From Tubulanus polymorphus (taxonomy: Eukaryota > Animalia > Nemertea), in assembly GCF_964204645.1 (NCBI RefSeq), contig NC_134029.1, forward strand, positions 15,308,950 to 15,372,949: a stretch of DNA of 64,000 nucleotides, in the 5' to 3' direction. The notes below the pieces were generated by a model. The model was not told where the DNA came from. It made no database searches and worked only from the letters and a program-made list of their open reading frames with translations. This document shows, piece by piece, positions 26,501 through 39,751 of this stretch (its first letter is position 1; each line of letters begins with the position of its first letter). The position numbers were made by a program, and so were the translations under genes.

Positions 26501-29330
26501 TAATTTTTCAACCGGTTAATGATGCCGATAACACGTGAAACTTTTTTTGACGCCTTATAAAACGTTACCATTATGAAACCTAAACAATGTTAACCATTCG
26601 GCGTCATTTTACAAACGACAGCCGTAAATCGATGTGCAAAACGTCACAGGTCTATATGTACACAAACAAGCTATCTGGCAAAATATTATTGACATAGATG
26701 TAGAATGGCTTCCTGTGATTATATAATGACCTATATTTGAACGTTGAAATGTTATATTGCATTGAATATCATTAGAAGACTTATCGTAATAGTAAAGGAT
26801 GTATGATTATATCAGAAGCGGCAGGCATAAATAGAAATGATAAGTAAATCGGATTATTCGGTTAAATGGCGGATGTATACACGATGCGGAAGTCTGATAT
26901 AAAAGTCAGACCCTGACGTGGGCATGCCGGTGGAATGACGAAGCTATCTAAGATGTGTGTAGGGCCGGCGTGGCTTCATCAGCGGCTACAAGCGGTTGAT
27001 ATGAAAATGTGTAAACATATAATTTCAATATTCAAACGTTTTAGAAAATATGTTTGATATTAGGAGTATGCAGGTTTCGTGAGATTAGCAATTTATAATA
27101 GCATAGCTGTCATATACGGCTCCGCGTCCTCTGATGGCATGTGTATTAGGTGACATAAGCATGTTATTTTAAGTGACAATGTCTACTTCAACCCACCCAG
27201 ACTCAAGACTCTAGGATATCGAGTGACAGCCAAACCCGTGGCCCGGGCCCGAGGACCGGGCCGGCTGGCTAGGCCACACGATATGCTCGAAGTCATGATG
27301 AAGCAGACATCAGAAGAGCTCTTTCTTCAACCATGGAGGCAATGAAGTTGCAGACCAGCTTAGAGGCATAAGTAAATGAAGTCGGTCGCAAGTTCGCGAT
27401 CAATTATTGAGAATTTTCAATAAAAAAATTTAAACCACTACTAGAGTCGAAGACCTGTATCATCTACCCGATCGCCAAATCTCATCATTCCCCAAATTTC
27501 TTAAAACTTCGATTTCAAATTTGCAATTCCACATTAGCTTAGCCCAGAAATTCTACATTTTTTTCGCAGGCGTCAAATAATTTCCTAAAATTAATTTTCT
27601 TGTTTCTAATTAAGATTGATGTGTTCCTTCCTGTTTAAATTTTGATCGAAAATAATGCCTAGAAATTTCGTAGTAACTTTCATAATTAGAGTTACTACAA
27701 AAGAAGTTGCTATCGTTAGCAAAAAAATTTAGAATCTAATAATTTAAAAGCATTAGGACAGTTGTTGATGTATACTAGAAATATTATGGGTCCTAGGATG
27801 TAACCTTGTGGAACAAGTTTAGTGGACAAGTTTAGATTCCATAATGCTCAAACTTAGATATACGGATATCAAAATTGAAGGTGTCAAATGCCTTTGACAG
27901 GTCAATAATTACTCCTGTATCAATACCCGCATCAGGGCACTAGATAAATTATTGGTAATGAGAGATAAGGCGAGTGTAGTTGAGTACTTTTTTCCTGAAA
28001 CCAAATTGGTGTTGATTAAAGAGATTTTCGAGTTTTTCGAAAAAATAGTTAAGTCTGTTATAAACGATTTTTTTCCAAAATGTTTGATATAGACGGCGAT
28101 ACGGAAATAGGAAGGTAATTACTGAATAGATTATTATTTCCACTTTCATAGATTGGAGTAACATGAGCTATTTTGAGGGCACTGGGCACTTGCCCGGAAG
28201 TAAAACAGCAATTGAATATATGACATAGAGGTTTTGAAATTATAGAAATAATCGATTTGAGTAACTTCGTACTTATATTATCAAAGCCGCTTGAAAGTTT
28301 TGACTTAAAATTAGAGACAATTAGTTCAATTCCATGAGTACATGTTGGTGAAAGGAAAAAATGTTCACATACATTTTCACCTAAATAATCTTCAAAGTTT
28401 TCTTCAGAATCTGGTATTTGAGATTCCAATGACCGCGCAACATTTACAAAATACTCATTGAAACGTTCAGAAATTTCTTGCTAATTTTTTAGAACTTTGT
28501 CATGAAGAAGAAACGAATTGATTTCTTTATCCCTGTGGTAATCCACGGCTTATGATCATTTTATTTATCACGTATAGATTTAATTGGAATACTCGTCTCA
28601 AAACAATTGTTGATAATCTTGTAAAAGTCCTCGCATGACGCTCCAGGGTCACTAAGCTCCTACACACTTTGCCAATCACTGGCCTGCAAAGAGCGGAATT
28701 TTCAGTAGTCCTTGGCTTTATATCCTGAATGAACTTAGTATTACTACTTGTATCATGTCTTTTGAAGATACCGTCAAAACTAGTGAAAATTTGGTAGTGG
28801 TTTGATATATCATCTCAGAAAACATCACTGTGAGATTGGCATTTGTCGTTAAAATTGGTCAATATATTGCCAATAACAGTCGATGTAGTGTCTGTTACTC
28901 GTGTCGGTAAATTGGTATGCGGGAGAAAAGAATTACTTTTTGCATAGTTAAAAAAAGAATTATTAAGTAAATTATCGCTATATTTACCAAAATCAATATT
29001 AAAATCACCTAATAGAATAACACGTAGCTTTTCATTGTCGACTTGGCTTACACGTTGTTTAAAGTCCGATAAAAGTGCAGCTATACTTGTATCGGGTGCA
29101 CGTTATTCAACACCGATAACAGTTTTCATCCATGATTTACATTGTGGAATCTCTGTGGAAGAGAGATTATAAAGAGAGGGTTAAAACGGAATAGTATTAT
29201 TAACCAGAATACCAACGTCTTCTCCTTTTTTTATCAAGCCTGCTCTAACGAATCGAAATTTTTCTTGGCACGTCGGATGTTAGAATGAAACACACTAAAT
29301 AAGTCATAGTAATTACAATTATAGTAAACT
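23545..29330 (-). mobile_element. Degenerate CR1-group (Crack/Daphne/L2-like) LINE ORF2, split by insertions at 24245-27590
   Basis: The 3' part 23545-24244 has IWGH, LQKRAIRTI, SIKIQGAKYWN and an (ATCAA)n tail. The part 27590-29330 has APE motifs GDFNID and PTRVT, then SSGFDNIS, VTPIYESG, NYLPISV, QFGFR, DLSKAFDT and VPQGYILGP. Confidence 0.8.
24245..26436. mobile_element. Non-autonomous DNA transposon/foldback element with ~600-bp TIRs
   Basis: AATAAGCCTTTTTACAGTTTCCAGGCGCC.. (24245-~24830) is the inverted copy of ~25853-26436. The outer ~430 bp are nearly identical. No transposase in the spacer and no clear TSD. Confidence 0.85.
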
Positions 29331-29379
29331 ATAGTAATAGTAATTACAATTTATCAGGTCTGGGATATCATGCAGAACA

Positions 29380-30667
29380 TGTACATCATTTATTGACTAT
29401 CACCGATATGAGCCTTTTTGGTTTTTTTCCTGCACTTGGAGGCGTCTGTGATTCAGATCGATCTTTTCTTTTCGTTTTATTCACAGGAGAACTGGAAACT
29501 TCAGGGTGGTTTTCAGTAGTATTCGCAGTGATCATCGTTTCGACGTTCTAGGCAACGGTTGTTTTTCCGAGTTCAAATGAATCCCTGAGTTATCTCTTAT
29601 GTTGTAAAATCTCTCTCTTAAAGCTCCGGAGGCTTTCAGAATGATATCATCATCAATGAATAGGACGTTCTGTTTGGAGCAGAATCGCTCTATGTATGAA
29701 TTAACTGCAAAGGCAACGGCATTGAATTCCTTCGCAGTATTTGCGTTCTCCTTCTTAGGGAGGATACTTGAAAGTGATGTTTTGCGGAGGGAAAGTTTTC
29801 TTGAACGTTGGCAATGGCGAAGGTAATGTTCATTTTGATAGCATCGGTATCGGACTTAGTAACTGAATATATTCGGCGGAGGCCCCAGAATGGTGGATGA
29901 CATCACTGCTACTATTTGGGTACTGGAGATCTCGCTTGTTCGAATCTCCAATAATAACAACATCAGGCTATTGGTTTCTATCGGATTTTACACTTGTTTG
30001 CGTGCTATCAGGTCCTGGGAGATTAGCTTTCTTGTTTAGCTTGGTCATTCAACAACGGGCAATCGCGTTTAAAATGATACGCGGATTTACAGTTGTGACA
30101 TAAACGATTGCTCGGTCGGCGCGGGCAATTTGAAGAATTGTGATCACATTTCAGACAGAGTTGACATATAGAGTCACAATACAATCTCACTGGAAAGTTT
30201 CCACTTTTTGCAAATGTTGACATAACGTTTGCAAGGTTACGAAGCTGGAGATACTAATTGTACCTGTAAATATCTGAGTTCCCTTTATAACACCTTTTTT
30301 CATTGATCCGTCCACGTAATCTCCGTATGTCAATAAGATCGCAACGATAAGTTTATAGTCCATTTCAATCGGAGCGTCAACTATTTTAACATTACTGTAA
30401 TCAACATCCACATTCAATAGAATTAACTTGACGATCCATGATAACGAGTTGAAGCTTTGAAAAACGATTTTTCGTTTCCTTGTCAGTAGTCGTGATTGTA
30501 CAGTTAGCGTTAGTTAACTGTATCGACAGAATTTTATTCACGTCAATTTTATAATTCGTTAGCGCATTTACTACATCAAAATGTTCTAACTTCAGCTTCC
30601 CAAACTGACTCAGGCTGAATTTAACAGAATTCTCTCTTATCAATGACGATTCTTGCACAGTATCCAT
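29380..30667 (-). pseudogene. LINE ORF1 remnant: RRM-like region, two CCHC zinc knuckles, partial SGNH esterase
   Basis: ORFs 30401-30667, 30187-30417 (DAPIEM..LLTYG..GTQIFTGT) and 30023-30223 (CQLCLKCDHNSSNC, CHNCKSAYHFKRDC). Downstream: VVIIGDSNKRDL..HSGASAEYI at ~29870-29965. Confidence 0.7.
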
Positions 30668-31129
30668 CGTCTTGCAATCATTTGGGCAACGTTTATTGTG
30701 AAAATATAACGAACACGAAATGTGTGCGCCTGACTATAAGTCGCCATATTGAGCAGCGCCGAAAAGCTCCACCGTTTTGAGTTTTAAACAAGTAATCGAA
30801 GAATGGATTGGTTTCAAGTAGTGAAGAGAACTTAACTTCACCAACCATTGTTATCGTGGGTGTTGAAATGAATTTTCATGTTAACGTTAGTAAATTTTAA
30901 CGAGAAGTTAGGTCTACAGCAGGCTCTAACCATCAAATAGCCTAGGCCATGAAACACCGATAGGCTCTGCAGATCACCTGCTTAACCTTATGTTAAAACA
31001 CACACGAAGTCCACGCAGAAACAACACAACATTCTATCTTTCTTTATACAAACCCATACTTGATAATATCATTTATTTTCTGAAGTGCTTTGAAATACCA
31101 AGACTGGTTCGATCAACGAGTTTTACTCG

Positions 31130-32910
31130 ACGGATTTACTTGAAACTTACGTGAGGTTCACCAAATGCATGTACCTTGAGGTAGTTTTCTCGGATTTTTG
31201 ATAGGGGACCCTGTTCCTACATCAGGGGGAAAAGTCAAAGGCATGGCCTATCTGCGATTAACCGTTTGGGCTCTAGGGGCTCAAAATGGCCCCAAATTTT
31301 TTTCAAGGATATGTTTGCTCCTAGCTCCTTGATCGTAAAAGATAGAATTGTAGTTGCAATGTGACGTCAGTAGCCGTTGACAAGACGCTTATATTGATGT
31401 ATGGTATAGCCATGTAACTCATATGGTTCTCCAGTAGTACCACCTATAAACTAAACGCTGGTTACGCATGTTCATCGATATTGACTAAGCGTATTAAGGG
31501 ATTTCTATAATAAATGATACACATGTACCTGGTTATTAGATACAACGAACCCCTCACATATTAAGTTCCTATTCTAACCACTTGGGGGCGTAAATTATGA
31601 AAACTAATTCTAACATCCGTTTTTCCTTTGTAGTTCAATCATGTTATAGAAATAATTAAACCTGGTGCGAGTACATAAACATACGTAAGATACACTAACC
31701 AGCAAAATTATTTCATACCACAGTCACTAAGGAATGAGAAAAATGCAGTATCTTCGTTATCGTCGACTTTATTTTGCCTAAACATGGTAGATTAGTACTT
31801 TGCGCGTAGTAGCCTATGTCGGTGAACATATCCACGATATGAGCTGAACCCTAGGTGGCGCTTCTTCAAAACAGCGGAACGTTATGAATTGATTTTGGTG
31901 AAATTTTTGCACGCCTCCTTGTACGATATTTTACCCAGCAAGGCAGAAACCCATTATCGTTATATTCATTAGGTTTTCTGCTGTTTTCGCAGAAACCCTA
32001 TTTTTATTCTACTGATTATTATTATTTGGGTTTTTCCTGCTTTCGCAGAAACCCTTTTGTAATTCTACTGATTATCACCATCAACATCATCACAATCAAT
32101 ATTATCATTGTTATTGTTAGGGTTTCTGCTGCTTTCGCAGAAACTATATGTAATTCAACTATAATAATAATGATAGTAATAGTAATAGTAATAGTAATAG
32201 TAATAGTAATAGTAATAGTAATAGTAATAGTAATAGTAATAGTAATAGTAATAGTAATAGTAATAGTAATAGTAATAGTAATAATTATTATTATTATTAC
32301 CATTATTATTAGTATTATAATTATAATTATTATTATAACTATTATTATTAATATTATTATCATTATTATTTTTCTCTTCATCACAGTGGACCTTACTGAA
32401 AGGATACAAAATATAAACTACTGCAACTTACTTTCACTGTCGGCGAAACCACGATGTATCAAAAGTATTAAGCTGCATTGACAAATACTGTACATATTAA
32501 TCAGAACTCCACTTTTTACTCACTGTGAGCCTCTAAACATCGAAATTTAAGCCCGATTGAAACAGTATCCATCTACGTATGTGTATTGCGTACGTGTCTT
32601 TCTCCCACAGTGCGTCACTGTACGTGTGTTTGTATCGGTCTCCCGATATGCATTGATAGAGCCATGTTCTAGATATGGAGTAAACACGTAAGCAGTAGTG
32701 GTATTTGTATCGCTTGTACCGTATATGTGCCAAAGAATGAATGAGGTCAGTCATCCCTCGCGTGTGAATGCAACTGAGTAATTTTCATAGCCCTGCCGTC
32801 TTGTATACACAAGCATTGGCATCCTTGCAATATCTTCCCTGAATAGAGCTAATGAATCTATACGCGAGAGCCTGGATGACTATATTCAGCTAGCATTACA
32901 ATATTCCAAC
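31130..32910 (-). mobile_element. Two partial head-to-tail units of the same Helentron-like family as 2533-6354
   Basis: 32385-32910 is the reverse complement of ~3790-4310. It is followed by a (TAATAG)n/(ATT)n microsatellite (32160-32375), three GGGTTTCTGC..GCAGAAACCC hairpins (31970-32150), then a new unit head at ~31960 running to ~31130. Confidence 0.75.
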
Positions 32911-34730
32911 ACACACATATAGTACAAATCCGCATTGTGGCTCTTTGCCCAGGCTCGATGGGGCATCGATCCCCGTGAGGCCTCTGTTCACGTGGGTCTG
33001 GTTATGGGGCCACCGTATCGTGTCACCTGACGCGGTCGATCAACTTTCAGATTTGTTGGTTGAAATCTAAGTTCCATTCACTTTAAGTGGATGCATACCA
33101 AAAAGGGTCCGTTGGGTGACTAGTCGGTGGCTCGTCCCTATTACCAGGCCCCCTGGCTGCACTGAAGAGGTTTTGATCGACTAATGATCTGCAACCATTG
33201 TTGTATATCACCCTATTTAAAATCCAGTTTCTCGGTGGGTGGTTTGTATTTGCATATCAATGTCAATTGCATATAATTGTATATCCATTTACAACGGTAG
33301 GGGGTGATGGTATAAATGAATACTATAATATTGGATAAAATGGTGATATGCGAACGACGTCTTCTTTCTTTCTTTCTTTGTGTGAGTTTTGGCAGAGTAA
33401 GTGGGGTCGATTGCACCATCCAGTTCCCGTCACATGTTATTTCCCTTGCCAGCACTCTCATGTCATTTCCATCCCGTTCCTTATATAAGTGTTAGCCACA
33501 GGGAAGGTATCACTTAGGACATGACTAGTTCCTAAGTGAAAACTAGCGTCACCTACGGATACATACGAATCACGCATTTGTTTTCGAGAATCCGTGCGTG
33601 TAAAGTGGGCGAGTAATCTTGGTGGATGTTGGTTCATAGTTTGGCTAACCTTTGTCCCACCCCACCTTTACCCATCCTACTTTGTATCATGTTTTCTCTT
33701 GTGGTATCCCATCATTTTCATCCGGTAACCGGCAAGGTAAACACGACTACTAAGATTATCAGTAGTGTTTCCCATGCCTCTAAGAGACATATACCACATG
33801 CTGATGAATGTGCTATGCAGTTAAGACGGTCATATAAGATATACGGGGATAACTATTGTGTCATCATCAGCGCCATGTTCATGTGTCAGATAAACTACGC
33901 GATGTGAAAATTCCTTCAAATTTACACTAGATGATTAGCAAAAGAAAAAGATTCATTCACACTTCCATGCGCTCTCTGACACATACAAAAATTTGAAAAG
34001 TAACTTACAGCGAAATTCATAGAATTAAGGGTATTTTTACGGTAAAAATGAAAATGGTTATCACGCACGATTTAGAAATTGGGGAAAAATATATAGTTAT
34101 AAACGAGGATAAAATAAGGGGTCAAATATGTATGAATTCTGGTTTACCTATGTTATGGGTGTTGGTTGGTAGGTAGTCTGCTAGAATTTTGATAAAATGC
34201 GGCACAAAATTTAGTGGTAATACTTACAGGGTTGTCTTGCATGATGAAGCAAGTAGAATTGATGCGCGGAGTTCAGGCCGGTAAGCTACGAATGGATGAT
34301 TAATGTGTTAACTTCTGCGTGTATTCCCGGTTTATTCCCGATCAATTGACCCATTAAAATACCCATATGCTAGTACACTATAGATAAGATTACGATATTT
34401 GCAGACATAAACTGATAGTCTGAAGATAGTCAAACACTGAAACTACTTTCGAATGCAGCAAGAAACGTTAATAAATCCCTACCGTCCAACCGTCTTTACC
34501 GTAGCAAATGAAATATGATCGAATTGGTCTAAAATCTTTTGATACTGTCGTTTTCAGGTTTTTTATTCTGTATAATATCTGATGTTCTACACTGATACGA
34601 CTATTGGTTCTGACTGTACTATACCTGGTGGTAGTGCTTGCCCACATGGTTTATAGATACACGGAAACATAGGAAAATGGTATTATATAAATTATCTTTC
34701 GTGTCATTAATTGACATAATGTGATTGTAG

Positions 34731-34856
34731 ATATAGATGAATGCTCGGAAAATCCTCGTCTTTGCCTCAATGGACACTGTCAAAATACAGAAGGGTCATT
34801 TCAGTGTGACTGTAAGACTGGCTACAAGTTTAATCCTGTGACTAAGATGTGTGACG
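34731..34856 (+). CDS. FBN: Fibrillin exon: calcium-binding EGF domain
   Basis: attgtag|..|gtaagg, 126 bp. (D)IDECSENPRLCLNGHCQNTEGSFQCDCKTGYKFNPVTKMCD. Confidence 0.93.
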
Positions 34857-34946
34857 GTAAGGATTTTAAACGGAAACAGTAAATTCAGTACAATCATTGT
34901 GCATTACTTTCTGTCTATAATTCACTTCCTTATCTATATGCAACAG

Positions 34947-35081
34947 ATATAATAGAATGCAGTAGTAATCCAGAGAGGAATCCCTGTCTGAATGGACGCT
35001 GCCAAAACACTCCTGGGTCTTATGTATGTAAATGCGATAGGCCTGGTGAGATTTTGGATCCATCCGGTAAATTATGTATCG
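34947..35081 (+). CDS. FBN: Fibrillin exon: cbEGF-type domain
   Basis: gcaacag|..|gtaagt, 135 bp. (D)IIECSSNPERNPCLNGRCQNTPGSYVCKCDRPGEILDPSGKLCI. Confidence 0.92.
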
Positions 35082-35157
35082 GTAAGTGATGTCAAATTGT
35101 TGTCTCATGCACCACCAAACACACAACTTGTTAATTCATTTTTGTCCTTGTTTACAG

Positions 35158-35319
35158 ATCAACGAAGATCAACCTGCTGGTCCAGGGTCAATAAGGGATC
35201 GAACACTTTACGGCCGGTGTGTGAAGGTGCATTGCATACTTCTATGACTAAGTCCGACTGTTGTGCTACTCTAGGTACTGCCTGGGGAAGTCCATGCGCA
35301 GAATGTCCAGAAAATATAG
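35158..35319 (+). CDS. FBN: Fibrillin exon: hybrid domain (Hyb2) N-terminal part
   Basis: tttacag|..|gtatgt, 162 bp. (D)QRRSTCWSRVNKGSNTLRPVCEGALHTSMTKSDCCATLGTAWGSPCAECPENI matches the fibrillin Hyb2 pattern TCW..CE..KS.CC..LG.AWGSPC..C. Confidence 0.92.
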
Positions 35320-36030
35320 GTATGTTTAAAAACATTTTTCCACCTAAGGTTGGACAACTGATCGTGGCCAGCTCCAGATTGAAATTGTGTGTAACGTTCA
35401 TGCAGATTTCTAGTTTTTATGGTGATATATCAAACGCTCTTTACTTGGGGCTATACTTTGCAATACATAATTCAGTAGATTTCGAAGTAAAATCCGTTCA
35501 TCCATCTAAGATATATACTATTGAAAACTTAATTTAGCTATGAAATATACATACTTTTTGACTGTTGAAATGAATGTTGATATTTAGAGGCCCACAGTAA
35601 GTAAACGTTGATAATGAGATAAATTTAATACACAGAAGTTGTCAACGCGATGTGCGACTATCGATACGTTTTGATTTCACTGGTCCTTCCAAAGTACGAA
35701 GCGAAAATGACGAAATGATCATTTTTTCCCACTTGGGACTTTAGTCCCGAGGGGGCTATTGCATTCATTTTCCGCTATCAAGGCCATTCCGTTTTCTTTA
35801 TGGTCACCAGGGGGCGTTGTAGGACAACTTAGTATTCCCATATTCTATGCAAATTTTGTATCCGTTTTATATGGCTAAATGAAAATTAGTGTTTTTGTTT
35901 TGTTTTTTATTTTTAACCCAATTTTTATTTTCATTTTCAAAGAAATATTTCTAAAATATTTTCTGCTAAGAAATATGTATAACAAAGAGTAAACAGGTAC
36001 AAAACGAAATTAATAGATTATTTCTAGACG

Positions 36031-36400
36031 CATCAGCCCCACTCTGCGCGATTTTGCCACCGCTCGGGTTTACGCGAAGCAGCAGAACGCAAACATGGCC
36101 ACACTTCGTATATTCAAAATTTAGAGAATATGTATGAATATCAATTATTCAAGCTTCGAGGCACATTGAAACTATTTACTGGGACATGGCAACGTTAAGG
36201 AATGATATTGCCGCAGTAAAGCTTGTGAGGAATTGTCGCGATTGAGTGACCAGCGGTCAAAAACATGTAAATTTGCATAATTACGTAACTTGTTGCAGTG
36301 AATTACAGACGAAACATGAAGCCGTTTACAAAAAGATTATAGCAATCGTAAGAAAAATATGAGATAGGACCTAAGTTAACATCCTGGCCATTTCTAAATT
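36031..36400 (+). repeat. Repeat family R1 copy
   Basis: Similar to the reverse complement of ~1150-1532. Confidence 0.7.
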
Positions 36401-36939
36401 TTTGGCTCGCGTTAGCCTAAATCAACGGTCTGGCCGATCGATAATCATTCGTATGCTTAATACACTACGCTCGAAGCAATTTTAGCACACTCAAATGCAA
36501 TTTCAGTAGCCTGTAATTCCACTACTAATGGCTGAATTGAACAGTTAAGCAAAAATATATTTCGTAATTGGTTTTTTACTTCACACCAGCTTGGCGAGCC
36601 ACTGGATCATTGGGACTTTATCTATTTTACTAATTTCATTGCATTCACTCCGAAGGTATAACAAGGTATTATCCAGCAAGTGCTGCCATCTCAGCCAATT
36701 AAATATCTAAAATGTCATTTGTATTATTTAGTTTTTGGTTTAAAATAGTATAAAATTGATAAAATAACCTTAAATCAGCTCGTACTGTTTCCTTGATGTA
36801 AAACATATAGTTATGTAGTATATAAATTCCTACATTCATGTCATTCATACCATTTGCACATAAGTATACATAGGTTTTCTATATTGAAAATACAATATAG
36901 TATATACTATATTTTGAAAATTTTATACAGATAGTATTG

Positions 36940-38325
36940 CAAAATCAGGATAAGAAACCAGAGGATTAGAGGACGACTCCCCTGTATTTTTTCGTAAACA
37001 AATGAGAGACAGAAAGACATTCGTGGCATCTATAAATGACAAAATAAGACCACCAAAAAACGATATGAAATTAAAAAATAAGTTGATGTTTCACCAGAAA
37101 TTGAACATAATATATCAAAATTAGATAAAATAAAAACTAAATATGGGGAAAAACAGCAAATTTAAGTTATTATAATGTAAATACAACACGTGAATTTAGG
37201 GTATTTCTACCCGATAAATGGGTTACATTGGATAATGACGAATTAAAAGATTTAAAAGGATTTAAGATAATTTATCTCTGGAAAATGAAGATGGTCATCA
37301 TGATTAAGAAATTGTAGAATGAATATATTTAAAAACAATTAGATTTATGAAAAAAAGAAAGAAGATTTAAAAACATTTAAAAAAAGGTTATAGAATTTTT
37401 TTTTTGCTTTTTACATAAATATTTGCATGATTTTTTTTTCAAGAACCCGAAATGACTTATCTAGACAATTTAATTGCTCCGCATAGATAGATAAAAGTAG
37501 TGAAATATTAAATTATAAAAAACAGAAACTTTTTTAAAGAAATTAATTCTTTTTTTCCTTTTTTCTCTAAATAGTAATCCATTTTCTTTATAGTGAATTT
37601 TGGTATTTCTTTTGTATCAGTAGTTTTTTTCCGTTTTTTACGGTGTTGGTTTCAGAATTGTTAACAAAATACATCTTGTTCGATTTTTTATACCAATTAC
37701 ATCCAATTAAAATGAGTAAAATTCCAAAACCGGTTGAATAATAAAATATTTATCAAATACCATAGGAGGAGTAGAAATAACATTATTTTCATCTTTATTA
37801 TTAACATTTCATTATTCATTTTGTTCAACTTTTAAAAAATTCTCTTTGCCTCTTTTGATTTCATTCCTAATTGTCGTCACCATTCGATTTTTTTCTATGT
37901 TCTCGGTTTTTTCTTCACAGTTAATTCTTTCATCTCTTTCATTTCGGCCATTTATTATGGCATAACTTTTATTATCAATGTTTGAATATGTTATAACTCC
38001 GTTGCTAATAATGTTATAAATCCACCTAATTGGAATGATAATTATCCAATCCATTTATACAATTCAGTCATAACTAAACAATCATTTTTCATATCGGAAT
38101 ATGATTTATCTTCATCTTCGATTGGGAGCATATAATTGAGGAGCATATATAGCGTAACCTTTTACTACATTCACTGATATTGAATCATTAATTCTCGCAG
38201 TTCCGTAAGTCTTAAATAATCAAATAATTAGGTTGGATTTCATTATATCTACTAATTCATTAAAAGTTAGATTTATACTTATAAATCATTTTCCAGAAGC
38301 TATTAATATTTCTAAGTGATGTTTT
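36940..38325. mobile_element. Polinton copy C: more diverged left-end remnant, directly upstream of copy B
   Basis: Degenerate TIR (CCAGAGGATTAGAGGACGAC), small + gene 37002-37322, then - strand homologues of B 39770-40610. Similarity stops at ~38325. Confidence 0.8.
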
Positions 38326-38433
38326 GTGCTGGGAAAGTCAGTTGGAGTCTTTAAATTTGAAAAATTGGCTGACAGTGGTCTTGAAAGCCTACATTTTTAC
38401 AGTCGGACAGAAATTATCGCCGAGTTGTTTGGC

Positions 38434-38527
38434 AGTGAGTAATTGGGAAAGTAGGCTTTCATACTAGAGGTCGAGCGGTCGAGACACCACTCATCACCAC
38501 AAGTAATTTTTTTTCCTAATAAATGGG
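38434..38527 (+). repeat. Left TIR of Polinton B
   Basis: AGTGAGTAATTGGGAAAGTAGGCTTTCATACTAGAGGTCGAGCGGTCGAGACACCACTCATCACCACAAGTAATTTTTTTTCCTAATAAATGGG; inverted match to 53963-54056. Confidence 0.9.
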
Positions 38528-38850
38528 AGATAGAAAAGCATTCTTAGCAACAATTTTAATAACAGAATTAAACCAGCAAAAAAACAATTTGAAATAAAAA
38601 AGTTACTTGATGTTACAAAAGAAATTGAACATAAAATATTGAAATTAGAAAAGATAAAAACTAAATATGGAGAGAAAGTATCAGCGAATTTAAGCTACTG
38701 TAATGTTAGTACATCGCGAGAATTTAAAGTATTTTTACCTGATAAATGGGTTTCATTGAGTACAGAGGAATTAAAAGATTTAGAAGGATTTAAAATAATC
38801 TACCATGGGAAAATGAAGACGGTCATCATGATTTAGAAATTGTTGATTAA
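38523..38850 (+). pseudogene. Small terminal Polinton protein (~105 aa, possibly OB-fold ssDNA-binding), frameshifted
   Basis: MGDRKAFL..KILKLEKIKTKYGEKVSANL..FKVFLPDKW..FKIIYHGKNEDGHHDLEIVD; present in all three copies. The fold assignment is inference only. Confidence 0.6.
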
Positions 38851-38891
38851 ATAAAAAATAAAAATAATGAATATCTAGAATCCAAAATGAC

Positions 38892-39751
38892 CTTACTCGT
38901 TTTACAAACAACTACAATCATACAGTCAAACATCTGTTACATGTTATTATAAGAGAGTGCTTCATTTGAATATTGATCGATCAAACAGGTGTTGCAATTC
39001 AACGTTGTTGTTATAGCAGTTATATAATAAGCACGCAGTACAAACAACACACACAGGACAGGAGGATACATTCTCTCTCGTGATTAAAAGGAATATTTCA
39101 ATGTTTTTACGGTAAGTTTTAGCAAAACCACCCGACTTGACTCGCAGAGTTTTTAGGGGATAAGCATCCCGTTATTGAGAGGCGCCACGAGATACCTATC
39201 CCCAAGCATTTCTACTTACACCCCTGTGACCCACACCTCGCCAATTCTCCTTCAATGGTTGACAGGAAACACATTATATTAAAGGCGCCTAATGCATTTC
39301 CTATCACCCCCTTACCCCCGAAAGGAGGATCGAAAGTCGAAACTGAAGGAGAACCACGGAGGGTGGACAAAGGTGCATTTTAGAAATGCCCCTGCAAGCC
39401 AAGCCCGGCGGCACTCCAGTGGTCGAATGAATTGCCTTATATACTTAGCTAAAACACCTAAGTAAATGTTGCTGGTGCTAAAAAATGTGAAATTTGAAAT
39501 TATAAATTATTCCGAATGAAAAGAATATAAGAATTAAAACTGATAAATGATTTATTGATTTTTAACTTAATTATGATATAATTTTTAATCAAATTAGTAA
39601 TCAATTACCATGTTAATTGATTAACAAATTCAAATTCAAATTCAAATATTCATTTTAGCATCACACCCAGTGCTGCCATCTTTCAATTTAAGAAAAAGCT
39701 AATAATAAGAAACGACTGTAATACAATATTCGAGTAAAAACAAAATAAATT
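38892..39751. other. ~860-bp non-Polinton insertion flanked by a 35-bp direct repeat
   Basis: AATAAAAATAATGAATATCTAGAATCC(A/G)AAATGAC at 38857-38891 and 39752-39786. The insert is absent from copies A and C. Confidence 0.75.

Noticed and set aside
24213-26519. Twin ORFs MSDIIKKF.. on opposite strands (24213-24440, 26241-26519)
   Set aside because: By-product of the inverted repeat arms; no recognisable domain.
26960-26990. CTGATGA on the - strand (also CTGAAGAG at ~33168 and CTGATGA at 33801) as hammerhead ribozyme cores
   Set aside because: No correctly placed GAAA after stem II, and no closing stems found by eye.
32022-32481. Poly-Ile/Val/Thr/Tyr ORFs
   Set aside because: Translations of the (TAATAG)n/(ATT)n microsatellite.
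34992-35537. 181-aa ORF as a stand-alone gene
   Set aside because: Read-through of intron sequence around the 35158-35319 fibrillin exon.
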